Shown here: positions 20,766-29,818 of the stretch, one piece after another
Layout of the letters: every line of letters begins with the position of its first letter
How positions within the stretch are numbered: position 1 is the stretch's first letter
DNA from: a virus
Lineage: Duplodnaviria > Caudoviricetes
IMG/VR virus record: IMGVR_UViG_3300017647_000004
Location: 1-60,548 of that record
Direction: 5' to 3' (one strand)
Length of the DNA stretch: 60,548 nucleotides
Translations under genes and position numbers: made by a program
The notes under the pieces: generated by a model
Told to the model about the DNA's origin: nothing
What the model saw: the letters and a program-made list of their open reading frames with translations, nothing else
Databases searched by the model: none

Positions 20766-22639
20766 GCGCGGTACTGATCGTCATCAAGGAAGATGCTGAT
20801 CGGGAAGCCTTCGTCGAGGCGCTGAAGAACTCGGGCATGGAATGGTCGGGGTTCTCGGCGCTTCGTCGGCACTTCCGCGTCGAGGACACGACGCCCGAGG
20901 CTTTCCCCCTGAAGGATCACCCCGCTATTCTCGCTGTCGAGGCCAACCGCCAAGGGGCCTACCGGGCGGACAGGGATATCGTCGTCGATAACGGGTATTC
21001 TGGCGCGAACTGGGGGCTGGCCCGCCACACGCACCGGGACAACCCGTTCGCCGCGCCGGGCGCTCGCTTCCCGCTGGAGAGCGAGTTCAACTGCGCCCGG
21101 ACCGGCCAGGGCGTTGACGTGTACATCCTGGACTCAGGGTTCGATTACAACCACCCGGAACTGGTAGGCAAAGGTCTGACGATCTTCGAGAACCAGCCGT
21201 CCGATGCAGACGGGGACAACGACATCGGCCACGGGACCGGCACGTCTTCCGCCATAGTCGGAGCCACCACGGGCATAGCGCCAGACGCCAGGTTCTACAT
21301 GTGCAAGGTACTGCACAATCAGCAGGCATCCGACTCGGCCATGCTGGGCGGATTCAATGCTGCCTTGTACGACTACAACCTGCGCGCGGCAACCAAGCGG
21401 CCCGCCGTCATCAGCGTATCCATCACCAGCACCCTCGCCGTCACGTATGTACAGGCCATCAATGATTGTATCGCGGCGGGGATGATCGTCTGCTACAGCG
21501 CAGGGAATGATCGCGCCCATCTCGGGGATATCTCTGGCAGCCCCCCTTTCCGACAGCCCGGCGTAGTCTGCTGCGGCGGGATACGCATCGACGATGCCCC
21601 ATACAATACCGGCCAGAGCGGCACGAACTACGGGACGGAGGTCGATATTCTGGCGTGCGGCCAGCACGTCTTCCTGGCCCGCCGCCGCAGTCTGGGCACC
21701 GACTATGCCGTATGGAACGGCACGTCGTTCTCTGCCCCTACCGTGGCTGGCGCGCTCGCCTGCATCCTTCAGGACTACGAGCGACCGGACAGCCGCTCCA
21801 AAGTCCAGAACCTCAACGAATACCTCTACGAAGAGGCCACCAAGGGCCGGTACAAGCCCTACCCGCCGCAATCGCCCATGACGGACGCTATTCTGTACCT
21901 GGAGCCGTCCAGCGAGTACCCTGCGGTCCCTACGCTGGTTCCGGGCGGCCCTTTCCCTGACTGGACCCCGCTTGCCGAGGACACAGCGGCGCAGGACGCG
22001 AAGTTCGCGGATGTCATGCTACTGGCCCCGCTCAGTAGCGACCTGACTGACCTGTCGTCGCACGCCTTGGCCGCAGTCCAACGAGATGCCACCAAAAACT
22101 CGTTCGCTGATGGGATGCTGGTCATCCAGCCGGGCGGCGCGGTTCGGTTTGGTTCGGCCTCGGATTTCACCGTCTCCGGCGATTTTTGCCTGGAGTTCGA
22201 CATCTCCATGACCGATCCCACGACGACGACGACGGCATACGACATAGTGAGTTTGTATCGCAGAGATACCAATGAGCGATCACTCGCCGTATGCGCGTCA
22301 TCGAACGTCATGTATTTCTACACGTCGGTAGACGGCACGAACGTGGATTCTAATCCCACGTTCGGCATGCTGCGTAAAAACGTCAGGACTCGTATCTGCT
22401 ACGAGCGGACGGGGAACACGACCCGGCTTTACCGAGATGGCAGGATGATGGCGAAGTTCTCCACCATAGGAACTTTGAAGGCCCCTACCCTGCCGCTGTC
22501 TCTGGGCGAGGCCATACCGTACGACACAGCCACCGCGTTCTCTCAGTTCAGTATTGCCAACGTGCGCTTCACCAAGGCGTCCCGGTACAACAACGATGGC
22601 GGGTACATCCCGCGCAGCACGGCGTTTCCGACCTCGTAA
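20762..22639 (+). CDS. Subtilisin-like (S8) serine peptidase fused to C-terminal ConA/LamG-like domain
   Basis: Triad motifs YILDSG, GHGTGTSS, NGTSFSAPTVAG; oxyanion SAGN; C-terminal NVRFTKASRY. Confidence 0.85.
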   Translation: MSAVLIVIKEDADREAFVEALKNSGMEWSGFSALRRHFRVEDTTPEAFPLKDHPAILAVEANRQGAYRADRDIVVDNGYSGANWGLARHTHRDNPFAAPGARFPLESEFNCARTGQGVDVYILDSGFDYNHPELVGKGLTIFENQPSDADGDNDIGHGTGTSSAIVGATTGIAPDARFYMCKVLHNQQASDSAMLGGFNAALYDYNLRAATKRPAVISVSITSTLAVTYVQAINDCIAAGMIVCYSAGNDRAHLGDISGSPPFRQPGVVCCGGIRIDDAPYNTGQSGTNYGTEVDILACGQHVFLARRRSLGTDYAVWNGTSFSAPTVAGALACILQDYERPDSRSKVQNLNEYLYEEATKGRYKPYPPQSPMTDAILYLEPSSEYPAVPTLVPGGPFPDWTPLAEDTAAQDAKFADVMLLAPLSSDLTDLSSHALAAVQRDATKNSFADGMLVIQPGGAVRFGSASDFTVSGDFCLEFDISMTDPTTTTTAYDIVSLYRRDTNERSLAVCASSNVMYFYTSVDGTNVDSNPTFGMLRKNVRTRICYERTGNTTRLYRDGRMMAKFSTIGTLKAPTLPLSLGEAIPYDTATAFSQFSIANVRFTKASRYNNDGGYIPRSTAFPTS

Positions 22640-22643
22640 ACTT

Positions 22644-22657
22644 TGCAATCAATTGCA
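22644..22657 (+). repeat. 14-bp dispersed motif copy (intergenic)
   Basis: TGCAATCAATTGCA. Confidence 0.9.
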
Positions 22658-22663
22658 CGCCTC

Positions 22664-22699
22664 GGGCGGTCCTGGATATTGTGCTGGACCGCCCTTTTT
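22664..22699 (+). terminator. Rho-independent terminator ending tail operon
   Basis: GGGCGGTCC-N13-GGACCGCCC followed by TTTTT. Confidence 0.65.
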
Positions 22700-22766
22700 G
22701 TACCGGGTAAACTTCGGGCAACTGGTATATGCCGCCTGCTTCACCGGGCTACATCGAGCGTAGGTA

Positions 22767-23240
22767 ATGGATCGCTCATCGACAGATTACACGTCCACCA
22801 CGAGGGCGATGAATGTAGTCATGACTACGACCCAACCAACACCAACACAGGTGCGCGAAATGAACGATGTACTATCCACCGGGGCCGGCATCTGGGGGGC
22901 AATAGGAAGCGCGATAGTGGCAGTTATCACTGGCGCTCTCTACGTCCGCCAGCGACTCTCCAAAGACGGTACGCAGATCGCTTCCGACCGCGCCGAGCGG
23001 GGCATGCTGGAGTTCTTCTCGCGGGAACTGGAGAAAGCAAACGCCCGCACTGAAACGGAACGGCAGGCACGTCTCGTAGCCGAACAACGCGCAGATCAGT
23101 TTGCCAAAGAGCGTAACGATCTCACCAAGTTGGTGGGGGAGTTGAATGGCAAAATCACGGCCCTGGAGGAAAAGGTAGAAAGCCTAAACCAAGACCTCCA
23201 GGAAATGCGCGAACGTCACGAAAGCGGAGACGGCAAATGA
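22767..23240 (+). CDS. Membrane-anchored coiled-coil protein, holin candidate (start uncertain)
   Basis: One TM segment (GIWGAIGSAIVAVITGALYV) then coiled coil; first gene of lysis cassette. Confidence 0.5.
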   Translation: MDRSSTDYTSTTRAMNVVMTTTQPTPTQVREMNDVLSTGAGIWGAIGSAIVAVITGALYVRQRLSKDGTQIASDRAERGMLEFFSRELEKANARTETERQARLVAEQRADQFAKERNDLTKLVGELNGKITALEEKVESLNQDLQEMRERHESGDGK

Positions 23241-23707
23241 AGAATATGTCCGTGAGCACCCGATGCAAACTGCAACGGGCTTGGCTCTACACCAGAATGT
23301 TTTCTCTCGGCCTCTTCCTCAGCGTTGCCTGGGCGAGCACGGGCTGGTTCACCCGCGACGTACTTGCGACGGCGGAGCGGCGCGACATCCGCGCCGACTT
23401 CAACAAATACATCGCGGACAACAACGAGGCCCACGGCATCGAGATCAAGCGGCAGGCGGACTTCTACGGCCTATTGCTGAAGGAGAAAGATGACCGCATC
23501 CAGGAACTAGCCAATCAGGTCTCGATACTGGCGGAAAAGACAGGCAAGGCCGCCAGCACTGCCCAGCAGGCCGCCACGAAGGCCGACAAGGCGTTGAAGA
23601 CTGCGCCGGCCGTGCCATCGGCCGCAGCAGCGCGGGAGAACGCCGCCACCAAGCGGGCGGTCGAGGAAGCCAACAAGCGTATCAAGAAGGCTGGAGAGTC
23701 ACCATGA
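23237..23707 (+). CDS. Membrane-anchored coiled-coil protein (i-spanin-like)
   Basis: N-terminal TM (MFSLGLFLSVAWASTGWF), helical Ala/Lys-rich body; ATGA overlaps on both sides. Confidence 0.5.
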   Translation: MKNMSVSTRCKLQRAWLYTRMFSLGLFLSVAWASTGWFTRDVLATAERRDIRADFNKYIADNNEAHGIEIKRQADFYGLLLKEKDDRIQELANQVSILAEKTGKAASTAQQAATKADKALKTAPAVPSAAAARENAATKRAVEEANKRIKKAGESP

Positions 23708-23877
23708 AGAAGGTCGTTCTCGCTGTGATAATGCTGATGCTGTTGCCGGGCTGCGCCCACCGCAGCAGGGCTTGCCCCACGCTGCCGGAGTACCCGAGCG
23801 TCACCACGGCAGAAGCCATGGGCCAGTACGCCCGCACGGTCGTCACGCTCTACGCGGACTGCGCCGCCTCCAAATAA
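23704..23877 (+). CDS. Small lipoprotein (o-spanin-like), absent from ORF track
   Basis: Hand translation MKKVVLAVIMLMLLPG-CAHRSRACPTLPEYP...LYADCAASK (57 aa); lipobox LPGC; GGAGAG RBS. Confidence 0.65.
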   Translation: MKKVVLAVIMLMLLPGCAHRSRACPTLPEYPSVTTAEAMGQYARTVVTLYADCAASK

Positions 23878-23887
23878 GGACTGACGA

Positions 23888-24481
23888 ATGTTCATCCTCA
23901 CGCCCGACATCCTGCGTCGAATCGGCCCGAACATCTCTCAGGCCAAGGCCGATGAGTACGCCCCGCTGCTTACCTCGACCATGGATCGCTGGGAGATCGA
24001 CACGTTCGACGAGATCACCATGTTCCTGGCGAACCTTCTGCACGAGAGCGGCGAGTTCCGGTGGATGGCTGAGATTTGGGGGCCGACCACCCAGCAACTG
24101 AAGTACGAACGCAACTTCAATGCGGCATGGCCGCCCACGCCCTCGGACCAGACCAATAAGGTCGCGTATGCCCTGGGCAACGACGAATCCGGCGACGGGC
24201 GGCGATATGCGGGCCACGGCCCTATCCAGGTCACCGGCAAGACCAACCATCTGCTGATGGGCTTCCTTCTGGAACTCGATCTGGTCGCGCGCCCCGAACT
24301 GTTGCTGGAGCCGGTTCATGGGTTCGACGCGGCGGGGGCCTTCTGGTGGAACAACCGTCTGGATGACCGGGTACGCAAGGGGTTCGTCTCCGTCGTCAAG
24401 GCGATCAACGGCGGCACCACGGGCCTGGAAGACCGGCAGAAGTATCTCGACCGAGCCACGCAATTCATCCCCCGCTTCTGA
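23888..24481 (+). CDS. Endolysin, glycoside hydrolase family 19
   Basis: FLANLLHESG, LGN..GDGRRYAGHGPIQVTG, AINGGTTGLEDR motifs. Confidence 0.9.
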   Translation: MFILTPDILRRIGPNISQAKADEYAPLLTSTMDRWEIDTFDEITMFLANLLHESGEFRWMAEIWGPTTQQLKYERNFNAAWPPTPSDQTNKVAYALGNDESGDGRRYAGHGPIQVTGKTNHLLMGFLLELDLVARPELLLEPVHGFDAAGAFWWNNRLDDRVRKGFVSVVKAINGGTTGLEDRQKYLDRATQFIPRF

Positions 24482-24488
24482 GGCTATC

Positions 24489-24950
24489 ATGCTCACAGCA
24501 ATCAAAGCGTTCTTCGCGGGCACCAGCGGCGTGCGCAACCTGATCTTGGCCGTCCTCGCGGGCCTCATCATCCTTGCGGTCTTCGGGTCCGTCGCCTACG
24601 CCTCCTACTCGTTCGCCCAGCGCAACAAGCAAAAGGAACTGGACGAACTGAAGACGGCGATGCATGAGCAGTTCGACAAGGAGCGGCAAAACCTCATCGA
24701 GACCTACCAGCGGTCCGACAAGATCGCCGCCGAATTGAGCGCCTTGCGTGGAGCTATCACCAAGCAGGGCGGGGAGATAGCCGTCAGCCTCTCCACGCTG
24801 CGCAAGCAGTACAAGGAAATCTATGAAGTCCTGATACCCGAAGAGGGAGTACAGCAATGGGAAGCCGCACGACAACTCTACAACTCTGCCGCGCGGCCTG
24901 CGCCGCCGCAATCGCCCTCCAGGTCGCCGGCTGCGCGACCAAAACGGTAG
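24489..24950 (+). CDS. Rz-like inner-membrane spanin
   Basis: N-terminal TM (LILAVLAGLIILAVFGSVAYA) plus coiled coil, directly after endolysin. Confidence 0.7.
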   Translation: MLTAIKAFFAGTSGVRNLILAVLAGLIILAVFGSVAYASYSFAQRNKQKELDELKTAMHEQFDKERQNLIETYQRSDKIAAELSALRGAITKQGGEIAVSLSTLRKQYKEIYEVLIPEEGVQQWEAARQLYNSAARPAPPQSPSRSPAARPKR

Positions 24951-25177
24951 ACCAAACCGACAACACGTACCGCAACGCGCTGATCGGGGTCAAAGATGAA
25001 TGGCTGGGCTACTGCGACACCCTGGGGGACCGGCCCGGTAACGCGGTAGGGGACATGCAGCAGGACTTTACCGGACTGGCCGTCGTCGCAGCGCAATGTG
25101 CGGCGGGGAAGCGGTCCCTGGTAGACTACCTCCGACCCTACGTCACTAAGGCAAAAGCCCCCGACCAAAAGAAGTAG
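24857..25177 (+). CDS. Rz1-like outer-membrane lipoprotein spanin
   Basis: Overlaps the 3' end of i-spanin; lipobox VAG-C; two further Cys. Confidence 0.65.
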   Translation: MGSRTTTLQLCRAACAAAIALQVAGCATKTVDQTDNTYRNALIGVKDEWLGYCDTLGDRPGNAVGDMQQDFTGLAVVAAQCAAGKRSLVDYLRPYVTKAKAPDQKK

Positions 25178-25182
25178 TCCAG

Positions 25183-25203
25183 GCCCGCTTCGGCGGGCTT
25201 TTT
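25183..25203 (+). terminator. Rho-independent terminator after lysis cassette
   Basis: GCCCGC-TTCG-GCGGGC-TTTTT. Confidence 0.9.
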
Positions 25204-25215
25204 CATGTGTCCCGC

Positions 25216-25244
25216 TTGCAAAAAATTTGATAAGCCAGTACGAT
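25216..25244 (+). promoter_or_regulatory. Sigma70-like promoter of AAA operon
   Basis: TTGCAA-17 bp-TACGAT in AT-rich intergenic region. Confidence 0.6.
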
Positions 25245-25256
25245 GACTTCCGAGGT

Positions 25257-25270
25257 TGCAATCAATTGCA
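25257..25270 (+). repeat. 14-bp dispersed motif copy (just downstream of promoter)
   Basis: TGCAATCAATTGCA. Confidence 0.9.
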
Positions 25271-25332
25271 CGCCTCATGGTCCTGGAAGACCGGGTTAGC
25301 CTAAAGCGCCCCTCACATACAAGGAAGTCATC

Positions 25333-27030
25333 ATGACGAACGAAGTCACGACCTCGGAGCATTCCGAGAGCCTGTTGATGGACGAGGTATTCAAGCTCGC
25401 TGACGCGGGCGGGTCTCTCATCCAGATTCGCACCAGAGAGTCGATTCGCGCGGCCCTGGTTCTCCGGCGCAGTATTCTGGCCGACACCAACTACCAGTAC
25501 AACGAATGGGATATCGTCAACGGCATGCGGCGATTCACCAACGAGAACTTGACGGACAACAAAGGCGTCAAGGGCGACAACAAGGATTTCGTCGAGTCCC
25601 TGCTGAAGCCGCTGGAAGACCTGCGCAACCCCACGTCGAACGTCAGCGCCAACGCCGCGTCGATCCACTACTTCGTTTACATGAACGCTCACCCGTTCAT
25701 CGAGAACAACCCGTACGCCATCGAACTGCTTCAGCAGTACGCTGCGATCCTGCCGACCTCGAACGTCTGCATCATCCTGGTCACGAACGACAACCCGCTG
25801 CCCCTGCCGACCGGCACGGTCCTGGTTACCGAGATGCGCACGCCCTCGGCCGCCGAACTGCGGGAGGTTCTGGACCGCATCATCAAGAACAACACCAGCA
25901 ATGGGTTCGAGAAGCCGTCCAAGATCACCAGCGAAGAGATGGACCGCATTTGCGCGCTGGGCCAGGGCATGACGCGCTACGAGTTCGAGACGCACGCGGC
26001 CATCTCTGTCGTTCAGGCGTCCATCGACGCCCAGCCCTGCGTCACGGCCGATAACTTCATGGACGGCATCGCCAAGGGCAAGACCGAAGTCGTCAAGCAA
26101 TCTGATATCCTGGAACTGTTCCCGGCCGAGAGCCTGGACAACGTAGGCGGTATGCACCGCCTCAAGGACTGGATCGCCGCCCGCAAGGATGCATTCTCCG
26201 ACGAGGCCAAGGAGTTCGGCATCGAGCCGCCGAAGGGCATCTTCGTGGCCGGCGTTCCGGGTTCCGGCAAGTCGTTGATGGCGAAGGCCATCGCCGGCAC
26301 GCTGGGCATTCCCCTGCTGCGCCTGGACTTCGGTCGCGTCTTCAGCAAGTTCATCGGGGACTCCGAGTCGCGCATGCGGCAGGCTCTGAAAATGGTCGAG
26401 GACATGGGCCGTCTGGTCTTGTTCGCGGACGAGATCGACAAGGGTCTGGGCGGCATCGGTAGCGGCGGCGGGGACAGCGGTACGTCCAGCCGGGTTCTGG
26501 GCGCGTTCCTCACCTGGATGCAGGAAACCAAGTCCCAGGTCTTCGTCGTCATGACGGCCAACCGCGTCGAGGGTCTGCCGCCCGAACTGACCCGCAAGGG
26601 TCGGATGGACCAGATTTTCTCCACGGGCCTGCCGAACGACGAAGAGCGCCGGGAAGTCCTGGCCGTCCATCTGCGCAAGCGCAAGCGCAACATCGAGAAC
26701 TACAGCGCAACGGAGGTCAAGCGGTTCCTGGAGCAGAGCGAGGGCTACGTCCCGGCCGAGATCGAGCAGGCCGTCAAGGATGCGCTGATCCTGGCCTACA
26801 ACGACCAGAAGGCCGACGACCTGGAGATGCGCCACTTGCTGGCCGCCCTCAAGGCCATTGTTCCGCTGTCGAAGTCGCACAAGGCGCAGATCGATCGAAT
26901 CATCGAGTGGGCGGCCCAGAACGCCATCTCGGTCTCCTACAATGGCACCGAGAAGCCCACGGCCGACGAGTCGGAACCGACCCAGCCCGCCGCGCGCATC
27001 GTCCGCACCCCGCGCCGCAACCTTCACTGA
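25333..27030 (+). CDS. Ycf46-like AAA+ ATPase
   Basis: Walker A GVPGSGKS, Walker B LFADEIDK, SRH TANRVEGLPPELTRKGRMD, GGMHRLKDW, GDSGTSSRVLG. Confidence 0.88.
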   Translation: MTNEVTTSEHSESLLMDEVFKLADAGGSLIQIRTRESIRAALVLRRSILADTNYQYNEWDIVNGMRRFTNENLTDNKGVKGDNKDFVESLLKPLEDLRNPTSNVSANAASIHYFVYMNAHPFIENNPYAIELLQQYAAILPTSNVCIILVTNDNPLPLPTGTVLVTEMRTPSAAELREVLDRIIKNNTSNGFEKPSKITSEEMDRICALGQGMTRYEFETHAAISVVQASIDAQPCVTADNFMDGIAKGKTEVVKQSDILELFPAESLDNVGGMHRLKDWIAARKDAFSDEAKEFGIEPPKGIFVAGVPGSGKSLMAKAIAGTLGIPLLRLDFGRVFSKFIGDSESRMRQALKMVEDMGRLVLFADEIDKGLGGIGSGGGDSGTSSRVLGAFLTWMQETKSQVFVVMTANRVEGLPPELTRKGRMDQIFSTGLPNDEERREVLAVHLRKRKRNIENYSATEVKRFLEQSEGYVPAEIEQAVKDALILAYNDQKADDLEMRHLLAALKAIVPLSKSHKAQIDRIIEWAAQNAISVSYNGTEKPTADESEPTQPAARIVRTPRRNLH

Positions 27031-27037
27031 GACCCTC

Positions 27038-27709
27038 ATGACTCAAGCCTCTATCGACATGCTTTTTGGTAACGGGGGCAGCGGCCCTCGCTACATGGAA
27101 GCCACCATCGCCTACGGCAAGATCAACCTGTCCAACGCCTCGCTGTCCGTGGCGTCGTTCCGGGTCCAAGGCCCGTTCAAGCGCGAGAGCGCCGTCAACA
27201 CCGGCAAGCGCCGGCCGGGCTTCGATCAATACGTCCACGCCACCGCGCATCCACAGATCGGCGGCGGATTCTCCACCAACCGCGTCCAGCACGAACCGGG
27301 CACGATCCTGCTGTTCCAGATCAGCCGGACTCGCAACCGCGTCCGAATCTCCGATGGGGCCATCTTTCTGCGCCTGCGCGAGGGGGCGGCCTTCCTGGCG
27401 GTCTCGGCCAAGTTGCCCACCGGGCGCGAAAGCCTGCTGGGCGACCAGTACATCATTTTCCAGGGCAACGCCGATCTGCTGAGTGTGGAAGAGCTGAAGA
27501 CCTCCGGCCTGGAAATCGCGCGGCAGTACGAGCGCAACTTCATGAGCCGGGAAGAGATCGAGGAAAACTTCCAGATCAACATCGTCTCGCCCGAGTCCAC
27601 GCCACGGCCGTCTTTGCAGCGCGTCGTCTCCGATGGCAAGGTTGTCGTACGCGAGATGGCGCAGGAGCCGGTCCGCCGCATCGGCCGCCTGCGCAGGTCC
27701 AGCGTTTGA
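27038..27709 (+). CDS. Hypothetical protein
   Basis: ATG 27038 just after AAA stop; phage-like codon use. Confidence 0.65.
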   Translation: MTQASIDMLFGNGGSGPRYMEATIAYGKINLSNASLSVASFRVQGPFKRESAVNTGKRRPGFDQYVHATAHPQIGGGFSTNRVQHEPGTILLFQISRTRNRVRISDGAIFLRLREGAAFLAVSAKLPTGRESLLGDQYIIFQGNADLLSVEELKTSGLEIARQYERNFMSREEIEENFQINIVSPESTPRPSLQRVVSDGKVVVREMAQEPVRRIGRLRRSSV

Positions 27710-27720
27710 AGTTGATTGCA
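27707..27720 (-). repeat. 14-bp dispersed motif copy (TGA is stop of 27038..27709)
   Basis: TGAAGTTGATTGCA on + strand. Confidence 0.85.
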
Positions 27721-27722
27721 AA

Positions 27723-28211
27723 ATGTCTGAACCTCGCATCCACGCCGGTCCGGGCACGCTGTCTGTAATCCTCGGCATCCCGGATGAAGCGGTCATTCAC
27801 CCCAGGCAGGAGAGAACCACCATTCTCAGCCTGTCTGAGGGGTTGCCCCAGCCCCGCGCGCGGCGGCGCTTCTTGGAGGCTGTGGCAACCTTCTCAGCGA
27901 ACGCCCGGCAGAACTGGCAACCGGAGAACACCCTGGTCAACGTACTGTCTGCTGTGTCGCTGGAGCACTGGCAGCGCTGTTCGATGGAGTTGAACCACAT
28001 CTTCTACAGGTTCCATCGCCTGGACCTACAGACAGAGCGGGACATACGCGCCCGGGAAATGCTGATAGGGTTCTGCGGCCGAATCCCGCTACCCGACGAA
28101 TACATCCAGAAGGAGGAAGATCAATTAATTGCTCGTGTCCAACCTGAACCGCAAAAACCAAGCGTAAAATCCTCTCGTACGTTGGCCTTTCGTCAAACAC
28201 TTCGCTCATAG
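27723..28211 (+). CDS. Hypothetical protein
   Basis: ATG 27723, fills gap in operon. Confidence 0.55.
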   Translation: MSEPRIHAGPGTLSVILGIPDEAVIHPRQERTTILSLSEGLPQPRARRRFLEAVATFSANARQNWQPENTLVNVLSAVSLEHWQRCSMELNHIFYRFHRLDLQTERDIRAREMLIGFCGRIPLPDEYIQKEEDQLIARVQPEPQKPSVKSSRTLAFRQTLRS

Positions 28212-28220
28212 GAGCCAACC

Positions 28221-28661
28221 ATGTCTCACACCACGTCTGTCAAGAGTATCAAGATTGTCAGCATCCCCGCGCTGGAAGCCGCAGTGGCCGAACTGGCGGC
28301 CAAAGGCATCAAGATTTCCCTGGCACAGAATGCCACGCCCCGCGCTTACTACGCCAATCAAGCCGGCCTGGGCAAAGCCGATTACGTCATCAAGCTGGGC
28401 GACGCGCCCTACGATATCGGCCTCTACAAATCCGAGGACGGCAGCTACGAGGCCCGCACCGACTTCTTCGCCGGCCACATCGACCGTATCCTGGGCGCGA
28501 AGGCCAGCAAGCCCGAGAATGCCCAGCAGGCTCGCATGGGCAAGTTCTTCCAGGCGTACGCCATCAACGCCGCCCAGATCGAGGCCCGCAGGAAGGGCTA
28601 CTCGACGCGCCGGATCACCGGCAGCGATGGCGTCGAAAAGCTCGTGGTCACCGGCTTCTAA
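28221..28661 (+). CDS. DUF1257 (Ycf35-like) protein
   Basis: MSHTTSVK start, YDIGL...DGSYE...DF, QAYA; AGGAG RBS; usual partner of Ycf46-type ATPases. Confidence 0.7.
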   Translation: MSHTTSVKSIKIVSIPALEAAVAELAAKGIKISLAQNATPRAYYANQAGLGKADYVIKLGDAPYDIGLYKSEDGSYEARTDFFAGHIDRILGAKASKPENAQQARMGKFFQAYAINAAQIEARRKGYSTRRITGSDGVEKLVVTGF

Positions 28662-28700
28662 GCCGCGCCGCACCTGCCCACAACTCCAGAAGGAATTACC

Positions 28701-28904
28701 ATGAAACAGAAGCAAGTCATCATCACGGTTCAGCCGGACGGCTCCACGGTCGTGGACGCCGATGGCTTCCAGGGCAAGGGTTGCGCGGAGGCCACCCAGG
28801 CGATTGAACTGGCTCTGGCCGGTAGCGACCCGTCGAACCGCGACGACAAGCGCAAGCCCGACTTCTACGCCACCAACCCCGGCACGAACGTCGCCCGCCG
28901 CTGA
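28701..28904 (+). CDS. DUF2997-family protein
   Basis: IITVQPDGSTVVDADGFQGKGCAEAT..IE.AL motif. Confidence 0.75.
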   Translation: MKQKQVIITVQPDGSTVVDADGFQGKGCAEATQAIELALAGSDPSNRDDKRKPDFYATNPGTNVARR

Positions 28905-28925
28905 ACCGCGCCCCAGGAGATCGAG

Positions 28926-29384
28926 ATGAAAGTCATCACCAACTACATGGAGCACGCGGTCCGCGCGGAGAGCATGATGCAGGCTATCGCGGAACGCACG
29001 ATCGACACGGGCAAGGAACTCGTCATCGACTTCTCGCCCGAAGGCGATGTGGAGGCGATGCAGTCGGACAGGTTCTCCCTCGGTTTCCTGGGCGCGCAGC
29101 AGGTCCGTCGCGCTACCGAGATCACGTTCAACGAACTGAATCAGAACTGGGATATCTCCCTCTGCCTCTACAACGAGGACGGCAAGCTCGCCGGCTACCA
29201 CACGCTGATCGAGGCCAAGGGATTCTCGGGCTACGACGCCGCCCGGCAGGTCGAGGTAAAGTGGCTGAATCTTTGCCGCCTGGGCGGGATCGACCCGTCC
29301 AGCGAAGAGGGCAAGGTACTGCTTATCTCGGCCCGGGCGGTCTTCAACGAGGGCTGGACCCTGGAAGGTACGTACCCAGGCTGA
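28926..29384 (+). CDS. Hypothetical protein
   Basis: AGGAG RBS; last gene before terminator. Confidence 0.65.
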   Translation: MKVITNYMEHAVRAESMMQAIAERTIDTGKELVIDFSPEGDVEAMQSDRFSLGFLGAQQVRRATEITFNELNQNWDISLCLYNEDGKLAGYHTLIEAKGFSGYDAARQVEVKWLNLCRLGGIDPSSEEGKVLLISARAVFNEGWTLEGTYPG

Positions 29385-29404
29385 TCGACGCTCCTGCGCC
29401 GTCC

Positions 29405-29430
29405 TGGCCCGCCCTGCGGGCCATTCTTTT
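29405..29430 (+). terminator. Rho-independent terminator
   Basis: TGGCCCGC-CCT-GCGGGCCA-TTCTTTT. Confidence 0.7.
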
Positions 29431-29457
29431 GCCCTAATCCCGGACTAATCCCTATGG

Positions 29458-29486
29458 TTGACGTGGGATGGTATCCGTTGTAAACT
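29458..29486 (+). promoter_or_regulatory. Sigma70-like promoter of replication operon
   Basis: TTGACG-17 bp-TAAACT; preceded by direct repeat CTAATCCC x2. Confidence 0.7.
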
Positions 29487-29518
29487 CTTTTTTCACGATC
29501 AACCCTTGGATACCAACC

Positions 29519-29809
29519 ATGACTGCACCGGCAATGGACGGCGCATTCGCCCGCGTTTTGTCTGCCGCAACCGACCAAGCCTTGTCCGCGCACGACGTTC
29601 GACTGTACGCCTACCTCAACCTCCGAATGCTGGAGAGCGGCGGCGCGCCGGTCGAGTTCTCGTCCCGGAAGGCCGGCGAGGCGACAGCCATGTCCTTCGT
29701 GGCAGCGCAGAACAGCTTGCGGCAACTCGAAGCCCTGGGCAAGGTCAGGTCCAGAGATGGTCGCAAGATCGGCAGATACCCTTGCCGGATCATCGAGAGC
29801 ATTAACTAG
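29519..29809 (+). CDS. Small winged-HTH DNA-binding protein
   Basis: LSAHDVRLYAYL...SSRKAGEATAMS..AAQNSLRQLEALGKV wHTH pattern. Confidence 0.55.
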   Translation: MTAPAMDGAFARVLSAATDQALSAHDVRLYAYLNLRMLESGGAPVEFSSRKAGEATAMSFVAAQNSLRQLEALGKVRSRDGRKIGRYPCRIIESIN

Positions 29810-29818
29810 GGAGGCAGT

